From: Candidatus Woesebacteria bacterium
GTDB lineage: Bacteria; Patescibacteriota; Microgenomatia; UBA1400; UBA1396
DNA: 64,000 bases
Reading direction: 5' to 3'
NCBI GenBank assembly: GCA_963749595.1
Contig: CAVVNJ010000002.1
Location: 32,606-96,605, forward strand
Below the pieces are notes generated by a model that did not search any database, was not told where the DNA came from, and was given only the letters and a program-made list of their open reading frames with translations. Both the position numbers and the translations under genes were made by a program. Positions 62,414-64,000 of the stretch are shown here, piece by piece. Position 1 is the stretch's first letter, and each line of letters opens with the position of its first letter.

Positions 62414-63337
62414 TTATTGACAGTCTAGCGCAGTGCGCAAACTTTCTAAATTAGCTCTTTGAACCGTAAAATAATTTTCCCCGGCCAGTTGCTGTTCCTG
62501 GGTCAAGCCTTCCAGAGGATCAAGAATCAAAGTTTGCGCCCCAACTTCCCGAGCGATTGTTTCGGCCAGGCGTGGGCTGACCAGAGTTTCCAAAAAGATG
62601 TAGTTCACTTGGTTTTCCTTAGAAAATTTGGCAATTTTGATCAAATCTTGAGGAGTCGGCTCTTCCTCCGGTGATAACCCGGTTAGTGGCACTTGTTTCA
62701 GGCCGTAACGAGCGGCCAAGTGACCAAAAGCAGCGTGTGAGGTCACCATGTTTTTTTGCCGGCAATATTGAGTACCACTCCGAAACGCTTGATCCAACTC
62801 GGCCAATTGGCCCAGCAGAATTGTGGTATTTTTTTCATACTCCTGACTATGAGCAGGATCAATTTCCGTTAAGGCTTGACTGATCCGTTTGACTTCTTCC
62901 TGGGCCAGGACCGGATCCAACCAAACGTGGGGATCGGCCCGATCGTCATCCGCTTCCTCAACCTGGAGATCGGATAGTCCTTCAGCAACGGCTAGAACTT
63001 TTACTTCGCTGCGAACCAGTTGATCGCGTAATCTTTCCGCCCAAGGCTCAAAGCCAACGCCGTTAATGATCAGTAGTCGACTATTTTCAAGCAGGGACAG
63101 ATCGCGGGTGCTGGGCTCAAAATCGTGAGGTTCGGCCCCGGCCGGAATCAGATTTACCACCGACATCCATTCCCCGCCAATTTCCTGAGCAAAGAAGGCG
63201 AGAGGATAAAATGATGCCACCACGGAAAGCTGGTCCGCTTTCCCCGCGGGTCGATTCCGGCTACGAAAAAGCCAAACAAATCCGGCCAACACCATCAAGC
63301 CAAGCAAAGCCAATAAGACAACGCGAGTAATTTTCAA
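62414..63337 (-). CDS. Metal ABC transporter substrate-binding protein (ZnuA/TroA cluster A-I)
   Basis: 307 aa with an N-terminal anchor, PAGAEPHDFEP, DPHVWLDP and an acidic loop EEADDDRAD. TTG start preceded by the RBS AAGGAG. Confidence 0.85.
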   Translation of the reverse strand: MKITRVVLLALLGLMVLAGFVWLFRSRNRPAGKADQLSVVASFYPLAFFAQEIGGEWMSVVNLIPAGAEPHDFEPSTRDLSLLENSRLLIINGVGFEPWAERLRDQLVRSEVKVLAVAEGLSDLQVEEADDDRADPHVWLDPVLAQEEVKRISQALTEIDPAHSQEYEKNTTILLGQLAELDQAFRSGTQYCRQKNMVTSHAAFGHLAARYGLKQVPLTGLSPEEEPTPQDLIKIAKFSKENQVNYIFLETLVSPRLAETIAREVGAQTLILDPLEGLTQEQQLAGENYFTVQRANLESLRTALDCQ

Positions 63338-63345
63338 CCCGACTC

Positions 63346-63368
63346 CTTAATGCAATTGAGTTGCATTA
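63346..63368. promoter_or_regulatory. 9-5-9 perfect palindrome directly upstream of the metal-uptake operon (candidate metalloregulator operator)
   Basis: TTAATGCAA-ttgag-TTGCATTAA abuts the RBS of the substrate-binding protein gene (start 63337). Confidence 0.5.
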
Positions 63369-63403
63369 ATTGTCGCAGATTTTGCCCGTCCTGTCAAAAG
63401 ATG

Positions 63404-63757
63404 CTAGCGTTGACTAGGCCAGGGACCAACTACCACTAAAAATGGCTGCACCCCATCGCGCTGAGTGAGATTGACCGAGATGCCATAATTGCCAATCCTA
63501 ATTAAATTATCCGTGGTTTGAAAACGCTGGATCAGGGCAATTTGAGCCTTCGACTCCATGATGGTGCCGACCAAACCCGCCGATAAGGCTTCAACAATAA
63601 AGGTTGAATCCAGATCGAGATGAGATTCATGTAAGGAGGCCACGACCGATCCAATCAACCGGCGGAGCTCATAGCTGTCGCTAATCAGTTGTCGGTCAAT
63701 CTCCGCTCGTTCGCCAGCGCGGCGGCGGATTAAATTATTTACTTCGTCTTTGGCCAC
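63404..63757 (-). CDS. Hypothetical protein (117 aa)
   Basis: Uninterrupted ORF overlapping the upstream ORF by 23 nt. No domain recognised. Confidence 0.45.
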   Translation of the reverse strand: MAKDEVNNLIRRRAGERAEIDRQLISDSYELRRLIGSVVASLHESHLDLDSTFIVEALSAGLVGTIMESKAQIALIQRFQTTDNLIRIGNYGISVNLTQRDGVQPFLVVVGPWPSQR

Positions 63758-64000
63758 TGCCCTCCCATTCTTTTAATTGTTGTTTTCTCAAGATCTGTCT
63801 CTCATCGGCAGCAATAATTTTTTTTGCTTCGGCCAGGTGTTGTTGCGATAACTCCGGATTATCAAACTCAAGCATCCTGGCAATTCGCAGATGGGCACCG
63901 GAAAGCCAAGCGTTGTAGTTGAAGGTTGAGTCCTCGCGAGCATTCTGCAAATCCGCCAAAGCCCTTATGGCCCGTTCCAGCGCCGTTTTATCGCCCGCTA
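63735..64000 (-). CDS. Hypothetical protein, partial (open to the window end)
   Basis: ORF track starts it at TTG 63959, but the frame stays open upstream to 64000 (...AGDKTALERAIRALADLQNARE...). The true start probably lies outside the window. Confidence 0.35.
   Translation of the reverse strand, partial: AGDKTALERAIRALADLQNAREDSTFNYNAWLSGAHLRIARMLEFDNPELSQQHLAEAKKIIAADERQILRKQQLKEWEGSGQRRSK

Noticed and set aside
1-64000. Alternative genetic code (UGA as a sense codon, as in some candidate phyla)
   Set aside because: Confident genes terminate at TGA at the expected protein ends; for example the PfkB kinase ends ...EWR-TGA at 15760. No conserved domain requires read-through of TGA.

Overview
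Gene-dense bacterial chromosome segment. Intergenic gaps are short and 4-nt start/stop overlaps are frequent. Confident genes end at TGA, TAA and TAG, so there is no sign of UGA recoding. I can support about 65 protein-coding genes, 8 canonical tRNAs (Gly-GCC, Val-TAC, Leu-GAG, Leu-CAG, Lys-CTT, Arg-TCG, Arg-TCT, Gln-CTG), several pseudogenes and a number of intergenic repeats and hairpins. I found no rRNA, CRISPR array, integrase or transposase. Housekeeping genes include typA (partial), guaA, argS, alaS (short form), dinB, ruvX, mltG, prs, a sortase, an LCP protein, a DsbA-like protein, a P-type ATPase and a metal ABC transporter. The dominant theme is nucleoside/nucleotide salvage at 7.6-26.3 kb: three dNK-like kinases, a nucleoside hydrolase, PNP, a PfkB kinase, class II RNR, a deaminase, GMP synthase, and several PRT and HAD proteins. 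This content, with few biosynthetic genes, fits a reduced-genome (CPR/Patescibacteria-like) bacterium; that placement is inference only. Items most worth a second look: (1) a translationally coupled 7TM + RimK-like ATP-grasp + DUF1704/QEGLA metallopeptidase triad (28.9-32.1 kb). (2) A salvage operon ending in an 841-aa two-module ATP-grasp ligase. (3) An AT-richer block with two large orphan proteins between P-loop kinases (20.9-24.3 kb). (4) A GC-richer 2.8-kb block in which greA, tdh and kbl each carry two frameshifts. (5) Two D-arm-less tRNA-like acceptor/T-arm minihelices. (6) A 595-nt ORF-poor region with nested inverted repeats (57.05-57.64 kb). (7) Recurrent GTACTAGT/CACTAGTG and TTCACGA motifs confined to intergenic DNA. 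All calls come from reading the sequence and the ORF translations; no searches or folding computations were run.
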